DNA from: Raillietiella orientalis
Taxonomy: Eukaryota
Length of the DNA: 64,000 nucleotides
Direction: 5' to 3'
Assembly: GCA_036172245.1 (NCBI GenBank)
Contig: JAYWIR010000040.1
Location: 930,001-994,000, forward strand
Shown here: positions 48,001 to 60,000 of the stretch, one piece after another
Layout: every line of letters starts with the position of its first letter
Position numbering within the stretch: position 1 is the first letter of the stretch
Made by a program: the position numbers and the translations under genes
The notes under the pieces: model-generated
What the model saw: only the letters and a program-made list of their open reading frames with translations
Databases searched by the model: none
Told to the model about the DNA's origin: nothing

Positions 48001-51000
48001 AGCGCTCCGGCTGAACGGGGAGATCAGGGAGCGCTGCCGTCTACTGGCCGCCTGCCTGGAGCCCCTCCGGCAGGAAGACCAGAAGGGGAACAGGGTGGCG
48101 ACGACCAGACTGTTCCGGCATCATGCACGCGCCCTCCTCTCCCAGTGTGTGGACCCGCAGGAGGAAGGAGACGCCGTCCTGCGGGAGATTCGCGCCTTCC
48201 TGGAAACGTGGGAGCGGCGGCTTCCGCGCCCATCTCCCGCGCCTGTCCTGGAGCGTTTCCAGCGCGGCCTCGAGGAGCTGGAGCGCTTGTTCCGGGAGAG
48301 AGTGCCCGCCGAGACGCGATTTCTCGAGGGGGCTCCCGGGGCAGCAGCAACAGCGGCGTCGGCGACTCCCTTGGAGGAGTACGCGAAGACGGTGGACCGC
48401 ATCCAGGAGAGAGCTCGACTCCTCCTGGAGGTGCTTTCCCGCGAAGACGGAACGCTCCCACACGGCGAGCGCCGCAGCCTGCAAGCTCTTCTGGAGAATC
48501 TCGGCCCGTGGTCCCTGCCGAGTCCCGCCTTTCTGGAGCACATCGCTCTGCGCTTGAGAACGGCGACGGAGCCGGTCGTCCCGGCGGAAGGAGCCGCCTC
48601 CGTCCTGAGGGAGCTGCGCCGGGGAGCGGAAGAGCTGCTCTCCCTGCGAAGGGAGGCGGCCGAGGCGGAGGTGCGGTGCTTCTGGACGCACTCGCCGCAA
48701 GCGATCGACCTGACCAGGCAGGCGTGCCAGTGGGAGGAGCGCAGGAGGAAGAACGCTTCGGAGCTGAGGTCCCGTGCCGCCATCGTGGGCGCCGCTGCCG
48801 CCTCCCCGACCCCCGGCGGCGGCCGTCCTTCCCTGTGGCCGTCCTTCGCAGCGGAGGCGGCTTCCCTACTCGATACGGAGAGGGCGACCAACTCCAGGAA
48901 GCTGGAACTCCTGGAAGGAGTCCTCGAATGCGCCATTGACGAGCAGGCGAAGGGCGGAGTGGTCGCAACCCGCGGCGGGGTTCCTCCCTGGACGATCCAC
49001 CTGGAGGCGGCCGTGGATAGGATCGCGGAGGACTCCTTCCTAGACGCGCTGGTCTCGGGGTCCCGCCGGGCGGCTTCGCTGGACAGTCTCCTGGAGTGGA
49101 ACGAACTGCTGCTGGAACGCCAGGCGGAGACAGCGGTGGCGCAGGCAGCCGAGAGCTTCCTACGGCTGTTTGAACTCCTGGAGGAACCAGGAAGAGGAGG
49201 CGCTGCGAGCGTGGAGGAGCAGCTGGACAGGGTGCTGCGTGACCCGGGAGGCGCCGCGAGCGACGCACGGCAGCTGCGGCTGCGCGCGGCTCTCTTCGCG
49301 CTCCCGATCCAGGGGGCCTTCCCGAGGCGCTCGGTCCTCGCGGAGCTGCTGCACCGCTTCTGCGACAGCGTCTCGCGTTTCCGGTCTCTCAGTGGGAAGG
49401 CGGCGGACGACGACGCGCGCGCCTCCGCCCTGGAGCAGGCACGCGCGTGTGCGGAAGAGGCTGTTCGCATCATCTGGGACGTCGTCCCTCAGGCGCTCCT
49501 CCCACCGTTCCCCGAGGAGCGCAAGCGGCTGGTTTTCCTGGAGGAAGTGGTGCGGCGCGTCGGCGCTACCGAGGACCACCCGAAGGACAAGAGCGACATT
49601 GAGCGGGGCCTGGAAGCCATCGCCAGGGAGCAGACCTTGCCTCAGGAGGTCCGCGCGCTGCTGCAGAGGGAGCTGTGGGTCCTGCAGGACTCCCTGATGA
49701 GAAAGGAGTTTCTCCCGTCTCGAAGGCTATTTACAGAGGGTGTCGCTGCCTCCACAGCGGACGCGGCGGAGGCCTGGATCTTTCGCGCGGTCGGGTGCGA
49801 CATTGACCTGTCCGGCGAAGACCTCACGCAGCTGTGCCGCCTCACGGACGGGCTGCAGCGCATCCGTTCGGACGAGGACGCCCTGGACTGGGCAGCGCGC
49901 CTGCACGTTGCGGCCGAGCGAACCGGCGGCGAGGCGGGCCGGCTCGGTGACGTGCTCCGGAATGCTCTTGGCTCCCTGAGGGATCTCAGGTTCCTGAGCA
50001 AACGCGACGTCGGGAGCAAGCGGTTCTGCCTAGTGGCTCCTGGTTCCTTGGGAGAGCTGCGCGAGGAGTACGTCCGTAGTCTTATCGACCTGCAAGGCGG
50101 AGGCGGGAGCCGGAAGTGGAGGAGCAGATATTTGCGAGCGGTTCCCATTGCCTTTCCCAGGCAAAACGGCGGCGAAGAGGAGGAGGAGAAGGACCTGAAC
50201 TCTCAGGTCAGGAAGGTCCTTGCGTGGATGCAGTCGGACTCCTGCCGACTGCTGCCGGATGGGGCGAGGAACCTGGCACGCTCCGCCGTCCGAGCGTTTC
50301 TGGTCTTCCACCGCCGCCTCCTCGGCGGCGACATCGAAGACTATCAGAAGGAAAGATGGGATCCATTCGTAGCGCGGGCCATCCGTGACGACCTGCGGCG
50401 CCTTATCCAGGAAGTTAGACGCAGGCGAGACTCTCTCGAAGGGGAAGGCGCTATGCTTTTGGCGCGTCTGCGATACGCCGCCAGATTGGCGGAGCGCTTC
50501 CTGAAGAGCATGGAGGAAGAGGAGGATCGTTGGTTTCCCCTACCGGCTGCTCCGACTGCTCCCTCTCGGAGTCTGGAGGCGTCCTTCAGGGAGGCGAGCG
50601 AGTCCGTCCGGCATTCGCGGGAGCTGTTGGACCTTAGAAGAGGTCTCAAGGAGAGCATCCGCGAGCTGGAGGGCAGGCGTCCCTCCGAAGGAGTCCCGAC
50701 GTGCCTCCGAGAGCTGAGGAGCGCGGAAGGGAATGTTCAGCTGCAGATGAGCCGCGTGGCCGCGGAGCTGCGGAGAGTCGTTGAGGCTCTGCGCGTCCAC
50801 CGGCCGACCTCAGAGCGGCTGGAGTCCGCCGTCGCCGAGCTGGCGGAGTTGCTGGATGGGGAAGGAGCGGAGGACGCGGCCGCTTCCACCCTCGCGCACG
50901 CCGAAGCAGCTCTTCTGCTGCAGACGTTCCCGTCGGAGGCGGCGGCGCCGCCGCCGCGGGTCGTGACACCGTCGGAGGGAGCCTCTCGTCTGGCGGAAAA

Positions 51001-54000
51001 CCTGCGCCTCCTCATCGAGGAAGCGGAAGAGCTCGAAGTACACCCGACAGCGGTCGACGATCTGAGGAGCATCCGGAGAGAGCTGCTGGCAGGCGCGTCC
51101 CCTGAGGCGGTTGCGAGGAAGGTGTCCTCTGAGAAGGTGCTGCAGGAGGCGGGAAGGATCCCCACGCTGCCTCCGGACCTCGGCCGACTGGCAGGCGTGC
51201 TAGAAGATCTGCTGGAGAGCGAAGAAAGACGGTTCCCGCTCGAAGAACCGGTAAAGGAGCGGGAGAAAGAGAAGGAGGAAGAGGAAGAGGGTAAAGTGAG
51301 AGGAGCGGTGACTCAGGTGGTTCAGGCGCCTCGAGGACTCTCTTTGGGAGTCCCGGAGCTGCCCGCTTCCGTCCAGCAGAAGAGACTCTTGGAGCTTCTG
51401 GAAGCATGGTGGCTGGCGCCGCCAGCATTCTCCTTCCTCCAGGCGGAGTCCGCGCGCTGGGCGGCGCGGAGAGCAGACGCCGAGATCGTTCGCTGCAGGC
51501 GGGCTGCCTCCCTCGCCCAGGAGGCCAGCGACTCCGCTGTCGCTTTCGCCTCAGCTCCCGGAAAGGATCACGAGTCCTCCCAGGAGAAGCTGAAGGACCT
51601 CCTCGGCAAGTTGCGCCGCCTGCAAGCGGCACTGCTCGAACCTCTTCCGGGAGAGCAGGGTCGGGAGAAGGACAAGCCACCCGAACTTTCGGACGCCCTG
51701 GGGAAGATTCTGTTCCGCCTCTCGGAAACGGCGTTCAGTTTGCCCGACGTCGTCGAAGCCGCCCGCTGGGCGGCGGCGGAGTTGGCGCGCCTGCATGCGC
51801 AGTTGTCCTGGGGAGACTCTGCCGTACAGGAGGGCTTCGAGGGGGAGCTGCATGACGCTGTGGAGCGCCTCCTGGGACCCTGGCGGCTGCGGACGCATGT
51901 GGCCGCAGCCGAGCACCTCGCCCGCCTAGCATTGCTGCCCTGCTACGCAACTCCCGGGGAGGACCTTCCCGGCTCCTCGCCGCAGCAGCGGCTGCTGGAG
52001 GTTACGGCGGCTCTGGCCCGCGGTTGGAAGCGGACCGAGTCCCGGCTGCCCACGGCGCGGGAGGAGGCGGTGCGCTTGCTGGAAGAGGCGGTCCACTGCT
52101 GCGGAACCACCGGGCGCCTACTCACGCGGCTGCACTCCCTGACCGAAGAGGAAGAGAGAGAGGGAGAGGAAGGAGGAAGAAACGGTGCCGAGGACCTCCG
52201 TGGCCTCCTCGAGGCTTGCGGGAGAGTCTGGAGCGATCGCCACCCGGAAGTACGCGAGATCCTGACAAAAATCGGAACCCTGCTCGGAAAAGGAAGAGCT
52301 GGGGCGATCCGGGAGGAGGTCGAGCGCCTGGAAAGGCTCCTGCTCTCGGGCGTCGCATCGGACCGCCGGGAGCGCGTGCTCCGTTTGGCCAGGGAGGCAT
52401 CCTCAGCAGTTGTCAGTCTCACCGAGGGCGCGCAAGCTGAGAGTCGTCGCCTGGGACACCGCCGACAGCGGCTCCCGCGCCGTCGCCCTGCCTCCAGGAA
52501 AAGAGAGAATGAGGTAGATCACTCCCTCCTGGAGCTCCTAAGCATTCTGACACCTCGCCTGCCATCCCTTCGAGGACCGGAAAGGCTGCTGAAGCAGCTG
52601 CTGTCCTCCCGAGGCAAGGAAGAGACCGGTAAGCGCTTCCCGACGCACCGGAGGAAATTCCTGCGTGCCAACGAGGCGGCCAAGAGCCTCGTGGACCTCC
52701 TGGAAGAGGAGCTGCGCGCCAACGCCCTCATTCTAGACTGCCTGTCCGACGTAAAAGAACAGCAGAAGCTTGGCGACGGATCCTTCTCTTCGGCAAAGGC
52801 CATGGTGAGAGACGTTCTCTCGGCAGGCGTCGAGAATGGCACCTTCCTGGACGTGCTCGCCCAGAAACTCCCGTCGCTCTTGGAGGAGATGCCTCCGGTT
52901 CGAAAGGACGCATGGGAACCCTCCACCCGGGTCCACGAGAAGCTCATCTCCATGGGAGATCTGCAGTGGTCGCTTCGGGATGCTTCGGAGCACCTTCGTG
53001 CGTTCCTGGAGCCATCCTCTCCCGTTCCAGGAGAGGCTCCGCCTCTGCGAGTCCTGCTGGATCGATTGAGGTCTTCCAAAACTCTGCTGACGTCTTCTCC
53101 GTACCTTTCCGACACGTCGAAGGAGTCCCTAGAAGAGTGCCTGAGGATTCTGCAGCAGGAGGAGGACGAACGGAAGGAGGAAGAAGAGAAAGAGGAAGGA
53201 GAGGAAGTGGAAAGAGAGAGAGGAGATGAGGAAGAGGGCGGCGTGGGCGTCCAAAGTCCTGCTTTCGGCCTGCTCCTGGGCTCGTGCATTGCCGCCGCCG
53301 CCCCGTCCGAGGGAGAGGACAACCTCCTGCGCGGCTTGGAGGAGCTCCTGTCGTCTTCCTTCCCGGAAGTGGACCATTTCCTCCGGACCACGCGCCTGCT
53401 GCGGCAGCTGGCGGAGCTGGAGGAAGAGCTGTGCGACTCTGCCGACGGAGAGAGGGCTGCCGCCTTTCCCGAGAAAGAGCGCCTAAACCTCCTGGATCGG
53501 GTGCACTTTTTGGCATCGTTCCTGGCTCCGGACCTCCCTCCAGAAGAAGCCGAGAGCCTGTGCGCGCTGCTGCGGGCCTTCCGGGCGGAGAGAAAGTGTC
53601 CAAAGGAGGAGGAGGAGGAGATCGCAGCGATCGAGGCGCTCCTTTCCCAAGGCGTTAGCCATGAGGACAATCTGCGCCACCTGGAAGGCCGCGTAGCCTA
53701 CCTGGAAAGCCGGGTGCCGCCCGAGTGCGGCTGCGTCACTCATGCCCTCGACGAGCTGAGGCGGTCGCTGCGCCCTCCAGCACCCCTGCCTGCCCTGGAC
53801 CGTCTGGAGACAGAGCTGACGAGCTTCCTCCGGGACGCGGCGGAGGTAGGCACCTTTCTCGACGACTTGAATTCGGACCTGGAGGCGATCGAACGGGAGA
53901 GAGAGAAGGAAGAGGCGACTGAGGGGAGGACGTCGCTCGACGCCACCATCACCTCAGGCAAGGAGGTCGTCTTCCTCGTTGAGCAGGCGGAGCGCCTGAA

Positions 54001-57000
54001 GGAGAGGTGCCGAGAGGCTGTTGTCCTGGGGTTCGGCCCCTCCCTCGTAGACTTGCTACGGGACCTGCGGAGTCGTCTGGTGTTCACCTCGGCGGCGGTC
54101 CCAGGGTGGAACCCGGGATTGCAGGCACGAACCCTGGCGGGGTCGCTGAAGACCCTCCAGGAGGAGCTGCGCACATCGCGGCGCATGGCAGGAGAGCTGC
54201 GAGCCAGCGTCGCCCGAGTCAGGGAGAGGAGCCGGGAAAGGCGGCTACGCAGGGACCTCGGCCTTCTGGCAGCCCAGAGCCTCACATCTGTGGTTCCTGG
54301 AAAGCAGAGGGGAGCCCTCTGGGAGGATGTGGCTCGCGGTCTGGAAGGGTTCCTGCGCGAGGACGCTCCAGTGACCCGCGAGATGGTGACCGACTCCTGG
54401 GAGGCGATGGACCGCCTCAGGGCTTCGTACTCTGGGTTCCGGGAGCGTCTCGCGGACAGTCTTCCGTCAGTTCCGCCCGTCTCTTTAGAAGAGGAAGTGG
54501 CGGCGGTCCAGCGAGATATGATCGCGGCCAAGGAACTGAGCCGGGCGCTCGAGCACCTGGCGTCCCACCCGGCCATGGCGGAGAGTAGGAGGAGGACCGA
54601 GGCCCTGAGCGCCATTCGGGAGAATCTTCCGGTGGCGCTGCTGCGCGTCGAAGGGTTGGCGGCACTGCTGAGGGAGAGCCCGAAGAAGGTCAACACGGAG
54701 CTCCTGTCTGCGGCGGTGGACCTGCAAAGGAGTGTCTCCCAGAAAGACGTGCACGCCGTCTCAGAGCTCGTCCGCAGGATCGCGCGAATGCCCTTCGCTC
54801 GGGAAGATACTGGGGTCGAGAAGCTGGACACGGAGACCACGAGAACAGTTCTCGAGATCATACGTTCCCTTCGAGACGTGCTCTGCCAAGAGGATCTCGA
54901 AGAGGAGGAAGGGGAGGAGGAGGAATCCGTGCGTCTGCTTCCCCCCGCGATCGAAAGCGCGGTGCGGGTCCTGGAGAGAATGAGGGCGGTCGCCGGCCCT
55001 CCCCCGAGCCAGCAGAATTGGGAACAAGTCACCGAGGAACTGAAGACGGCACTCGCGGACGTTTCCTCCCGGATACGGAAGATCCGCGGACGTCCCCCTG
55101 CGCGATGGACGAAAGGAACCGCCGCGGAGGCCGGAACTCTCTGGGAGCGCCTTAGGACGGAGACAGACGCTTTCCTCGAGCATCTCTCACGAAAGCGCGA
55201 GGAAAAGGAGGAGGAGAAGGATCTGGAGAGAGGGGTGGATAACTTTTTCTCCAGTCTAAGATCCGTCCTCGAGCAGATGGCAGCCACACCCGTGCAGGAC
55301 TGGGGGAGCGAAGCGGTGACCGCCGCCGTACACCGCTTCCTGAGGATGCCTCCAGAGGAAGAATCGGAGGAGGAGAAAGAAGAGGAGGCAGAGGAAGAAG
55401 AGCGAGCGGAGAGGAGGCAGAGGAAAGAAAGCAGGAGAAGGGAGAGGGTGATTCCTGGTCTGGACGCCAAGACACTGGAAGTTTCTCGGACCCTGCAGCT
55501 CTTTCTGTCGAAGACTGCAGAGGTTCCCGGATTGTTGAGTCCCGACATGGCCGCGCGTGCCAGGGAGATTTCCGCGGAGGGAAGCAGAGCCAGCGCGGAG
55601 GAACTGCTGCGCTTCATCCGGGAGCTCCCGTTCGAGGAGAGGCCGCGTGTGCAGGAGGTTTACGAGAAGACCGCACGGCGCCTTCTGGAGGAGTCACAGG
55701 AAGCGGCGAAAGAGTTGGAAGAGAAGGAGCGAATCGCGCGGGATCTGGAAGAGCGTCGTCCGCCGGCACTCCTGCTGGAGGCCGCGGAGGACTCGGAACG
55801 CCTCCTGGAAGAGCGGTTCTCCAGAATCGCCGACCGGCTGGAAGTTCTGGAAGGAGAGATCAAGGAGAACGTAGAGGACGCGAACGCCGCGTTCCTTGAT
55901 GTCCTCAGGGAGTTTTCGTCCTCCCTCCGCCCTGGAGAGGGTTCATCTCTTGCCGTTGTGAGGAGAAAGACCCCTTCCCTCTTCGCATCCGAGATGGAAG
56001 AACTCCTGCGACGCCTGAACCGGGAGGTGTCCACGGGCATCACCGACCGCGCCCGCCTGACGAAGATGTGGGGCCGGCTGCAGAGGCAACATTATCAAGC
56101 CCTCTCAGAAGGAATCGAGGCGAAGGAAGGCGAAAAGGAAAAGGAAGAAGAGGAGGAGGAGAAGGAAAAACTGTCATCCTTGAAGGAGGCGACACGGCTG
56201 GCGACGCAGGACGCGAAAGCCTTCCTGGAGGTGGCGACTTCACGCGAGGACATGCTTGAGGAAGGGACGCTGGACGCTTTGGCGAGAGCCTCCTCCACCG
56301 ACGCGGAGGACCTCTCTCCGAGGGAAGCGGCTCGCAGGGTCCTGGAAGCCCTGGGAAGGCGCCTTTTCCGGAAGAGTGCGACAGAGAAGGCCTGCGATGA
56401 GGTCGTCGAGAGCGCCCGAAGGCTCGCGGGGTTACCAGCAGCCCGAGGGGAGGAGACGGTCGAAGCCACGCGGCAGCTCCGCCGACGCGTCGAAGCGCTG
56501 AGGCGGCGGACGGTGGCGCCGGGAGAAGTTGCCGACGCTGTCCTACCGGATTTTCTGGACTCGGCCGAGACCTTCCTGCGGAGTGCGGAGGCGATCCTCG
56601 AGGAAGAAAAGACAGCCGAGGAAAAACCGGAAGCCTCATTCCGCGTTCACCTCCTACGGGACCGTCTGGAAACTTTCGCGGATCGGCTGGCCTCCATCCC
56701 GCCGACTAGAGGCAGCAGCGTCCTTCGGACCTGGAGCCAGCTGCAGAGGAGTGCTTCGATCCTGACTCCATCCCGTGAAAGGAAGACCCTCGATGAGGAA
56801 GAGGAGCTGGAAGAGGGCGAGTCGTATCCCGAGGAGGACTTTCGGAAGCGAATGAAGAGCCTGGAACGCCAACTGAAGGCCGGATTGCCTCCAGAAGGAG
56901 AAGGGAGGCGCCTGGAACGATTCTGGGAGGCGGTGCGCCGATGCGTGGCGCGAGAGGCCGCCGCTCCCCTGCCTGAGAAGGAGCGAGAGGAAGAGGAGGA

Positions 57001-60000
57001 GGAGGAGCACCCTCCCGCGAAAGAGAGGCTGAAGATGGGATGGAAAGCGAAGAAAAGGGGAGTACCCTCCTTCCCGTCTGCAGGAACTCCTGCTCATGCG
57101 GTCCTAGAGGACCTCGGGCGGCTGCTGCTCCTGGAGCGCCGGGTTCGGGGACGGAGGGCGCCAGTAACCTTGGAGGAGGCCCGCCGCGTGATGTCCAACC
57201 TGGAGAGCTTGAGAAGAGCCGATCCGAATTTCCCGGAGACCCTGCGTGGGCTCTTGGAGCGGGCCGTATGGGCGGCTTTCGCCCGCGAAGGCTGTGGCGA
57301 AGCGGAAGATGAGGCGCCTTCGAGGGACCTCGGGGAGGAGGCCGTCGGATCGATCCTGAGGAAGCTGAGCCGGAGGCTGGAAGAGGTACACCGGATGGTG
57401 GGAAACGTTCGTCCGGAGTGGGTCCGGAAGACCGACTCCCTGGCCTCCAAGTACAGGAGGGATCAGGAGCTCGTCCCGCTCAGGACCCGGGAGGTTCCTG
57501 TGAGGGACTCCACCGGTCGCTGGGAGGCGCCTCTGAGCGCGACAAAACGAGTCCTTCTGGAAGAGGCCCTGGAGCATCTGGAGAGGGCTCTGGACAACGC
57601 GCTGCTGCAGGACGAGAAAGGCACCCTCCGGGGCGAATCCACGAAGGTCGAGAAGGTGCGCTCCCTGCTGAAGCAATCGCGGGAGGCGGAAGGGCAGGAG
57701 TTCCGCCAGTCCACCCTTCTGGGAATGCTCGCTTCCGAGTGCCGTGACCTCTTTGGAAAGCTGTCCCCGTCGCAGATGAGGGAGCTGCAGGAGAAAGTAA
57801 AGGTCATCTCCGGGTTCGCGGGGGAGGGCGGCGCCGCCGCAGAGGAGAAGGAGGAGAAGGAGAAGGAGGAGGAGAAGGAGAAGGAGAAGGAGAAGGAGAA
57901 GGAGAAGGAGAAGGAAAAGCCAGAGGCAAGAAGGGAGGAAGCGGCAGCCCTGCTTCCTGGCGCTCGGATCACGCTGGAGGAGCGTCGCGAGTGGCCGACG
58001 GTACAGCCATCAGGGATAGTGGCCGAGAGGGAGCGGGAAGAGGAGGAAGAGGATGCTCGCTGGAAATGGGTCAACACCCAGAGGGGGCGGGCGATCAGCG
58101 AGCTGCTGGACTCGGCGCCGGGGGTGCTGAGGTTGCCGGTGCTGGCGCTTCTGGAGCGTCTGACGACTCCGGCGCCGAGGCAGGCGCCACTCCGAGGCAT
58201 TGAAGATGTGCGCTCTTCAGCCAGTCGCCTGATATCGCGCGTCGTGGAAGGGTTCGCCGCCATCGACGAGGTTCTGTATGGGATGCTGGAGGAGATGGAC
58301 CTTTTCTTCTCGGCTCCGAGCCCGCCCGGCTCCTTTCCAGGTCAGCGAGAGGCTCTCCTGGAATCCGGGCTGTACAGCATCGCGGAGGTGAGCAAGAGAC
58401 TGAGGGATGCTGCCGGGAACGCCCTCGATCACGACGCCGAGGTGCTGCTGAGGGACGCCCTGCTTTCCTTCTCCCCTCCCCCCCCTTCCACCGTCGCCGC
58501 TGCATCTCCCGGTGACCTGCTCGTTCCGTTCGGGGCGGGTCCCGTCCTCTGGGAACTAGCGCGGACGGTGCGCGATCTGGAGCGCTTGCCGGTTCCCGAG
58601 TCCGCTCTAGAAAACGCCCTGCTCGGTGAGGTCAGTCGAGCTCGGGAGGCGGCAGAGGAAGGAGAGCCATCTCTCCTGCAACGCGTCCGTGAGCTCCAGA
58701 GGAAGGCGGCGGAGGAGTTGCGGCAGCGCCGCCGGAGCCGCCAGCTGCTCGAGAAGAGCTCCAAGGTCGCCAGGCTGCTGGAGTTCCTGCGGAGAACCTC
58801 GGGCGCCGCCGACCTCGAGAGGGAGAGGCGCGCCGCCCGACGCGTCGACCTCGCCTCGGAGGACAAAAGCGTGCAGACTGTGGCAGCAGAGGCTGCAGAA
58901 GCCGCGGAGGCGGAAGAGGAATCTGCGAGAGATGCCACCGCCCTCGCTGCCGCTACTCCTTCTCTTCCCATCCTCCTGAAAGGAAGCGCCTGCCAGACCC
59001 TGCCCACCATGCTGACCAGTGTCGAGCTGCTGAAGGGCATCATGGAGGAAGGCGTTCCCCCGCTGGAGGACGAAGCCCTCGAAGACGACGAGGAGAGGCA
59101 GAGGCTCTGGTCGGGTAAGCGAGGGAGAGGGAGAGCAACCACCCCCGCTTCGCACCGCCTTGGGAGTAGGGAGCAAGGGGATAGAGGCAGAGACAACAAA
59201 CGACCCTCCGCAAGGGTCACTTGCTGTCACGAAAAGAGGAAACACCTCGAAGCGTCGTCCTCCTCCCCTTTCCTGGGGTTCACCGCTTCTCTCACTTTCC
59301 CCTCCTCCTCCTTTTCTCTTGCTCCTTTCCAGAAGACTCTTAGATGAGGGGTAGGAAGGAAGGCGAAACGCCTTCGCGACGCCCGTGGACCTCTCTTTTC
59401 CTCAACACCCTTCCGTCCCTTAAGAAAAAAGAGAACGGGGGGGGGGGGAGCGGGAAGGGAAAACGACTGCGGCAGACTGACGTCTCCAGAAGGAAGGTTC
59501 TCCAGCGCTCCGCAAGCTTTGCCGTAACCCCAACCCACCCATCCTGCGCATCTCCATCCCTTCCTCCTTCCCCCTCCGTTCCTTCCTTTATCCCTCCGCT
59601 GCTTAACCAGAGCGCTGCTTCTCCAGAAAGCGGCGGGAAGGCAACGGGACGGGCGGGCCACAGATCGCGACTCGCTCGTCACTCCCCTCACTCCGCCTCC
59701 ACGCCCACGGAGGGACGGAATCACGAATTGGGAAGAAGGATCGTGCGTGCACACGCTCTTTCGCATGCGGGAGAGAGAGAATGATGCCCTTCTCTCCCTC
59801 TTTCTTCCTTTCTCCCCTTCCTCTATCTCTTCCTCCTTTACTTGAAAACTCCCTCTCCATCCTCCACCAGCTCTGCCGAAGATCAGGAAGATCCCGGATT
59901 GGTACAAGGAGAGGATGCCATCCCGAGCGGTCCAGGCGACCCCCACGATGACTTCACGGGGCGAGTTGGCGCAGACACCCTCATCAGTGGTCCAGACAGG

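Noticed and set aside
43720..59245. Long antisense and alternate-frame ORFs over the giant exon (e.g. 53740-55617, 45589-47118, 48121-49473)
   Set aside because: Ser/Arg-rich shadow ORFs are expected from GC-rich, codon-biased sense coding sequence, and they show no independent domain signal.
43736..59347. Treating the 5203-aa ORF as a stand-alone intronless (e.g. viral or bacterial) gene
   Set aside because: The frame is open upstream to a canonical acceptor at 43531, and a strong donor at 59115 is phase-compatible with the next exon. The last ~75 codons of the ORF look like intron sequence.
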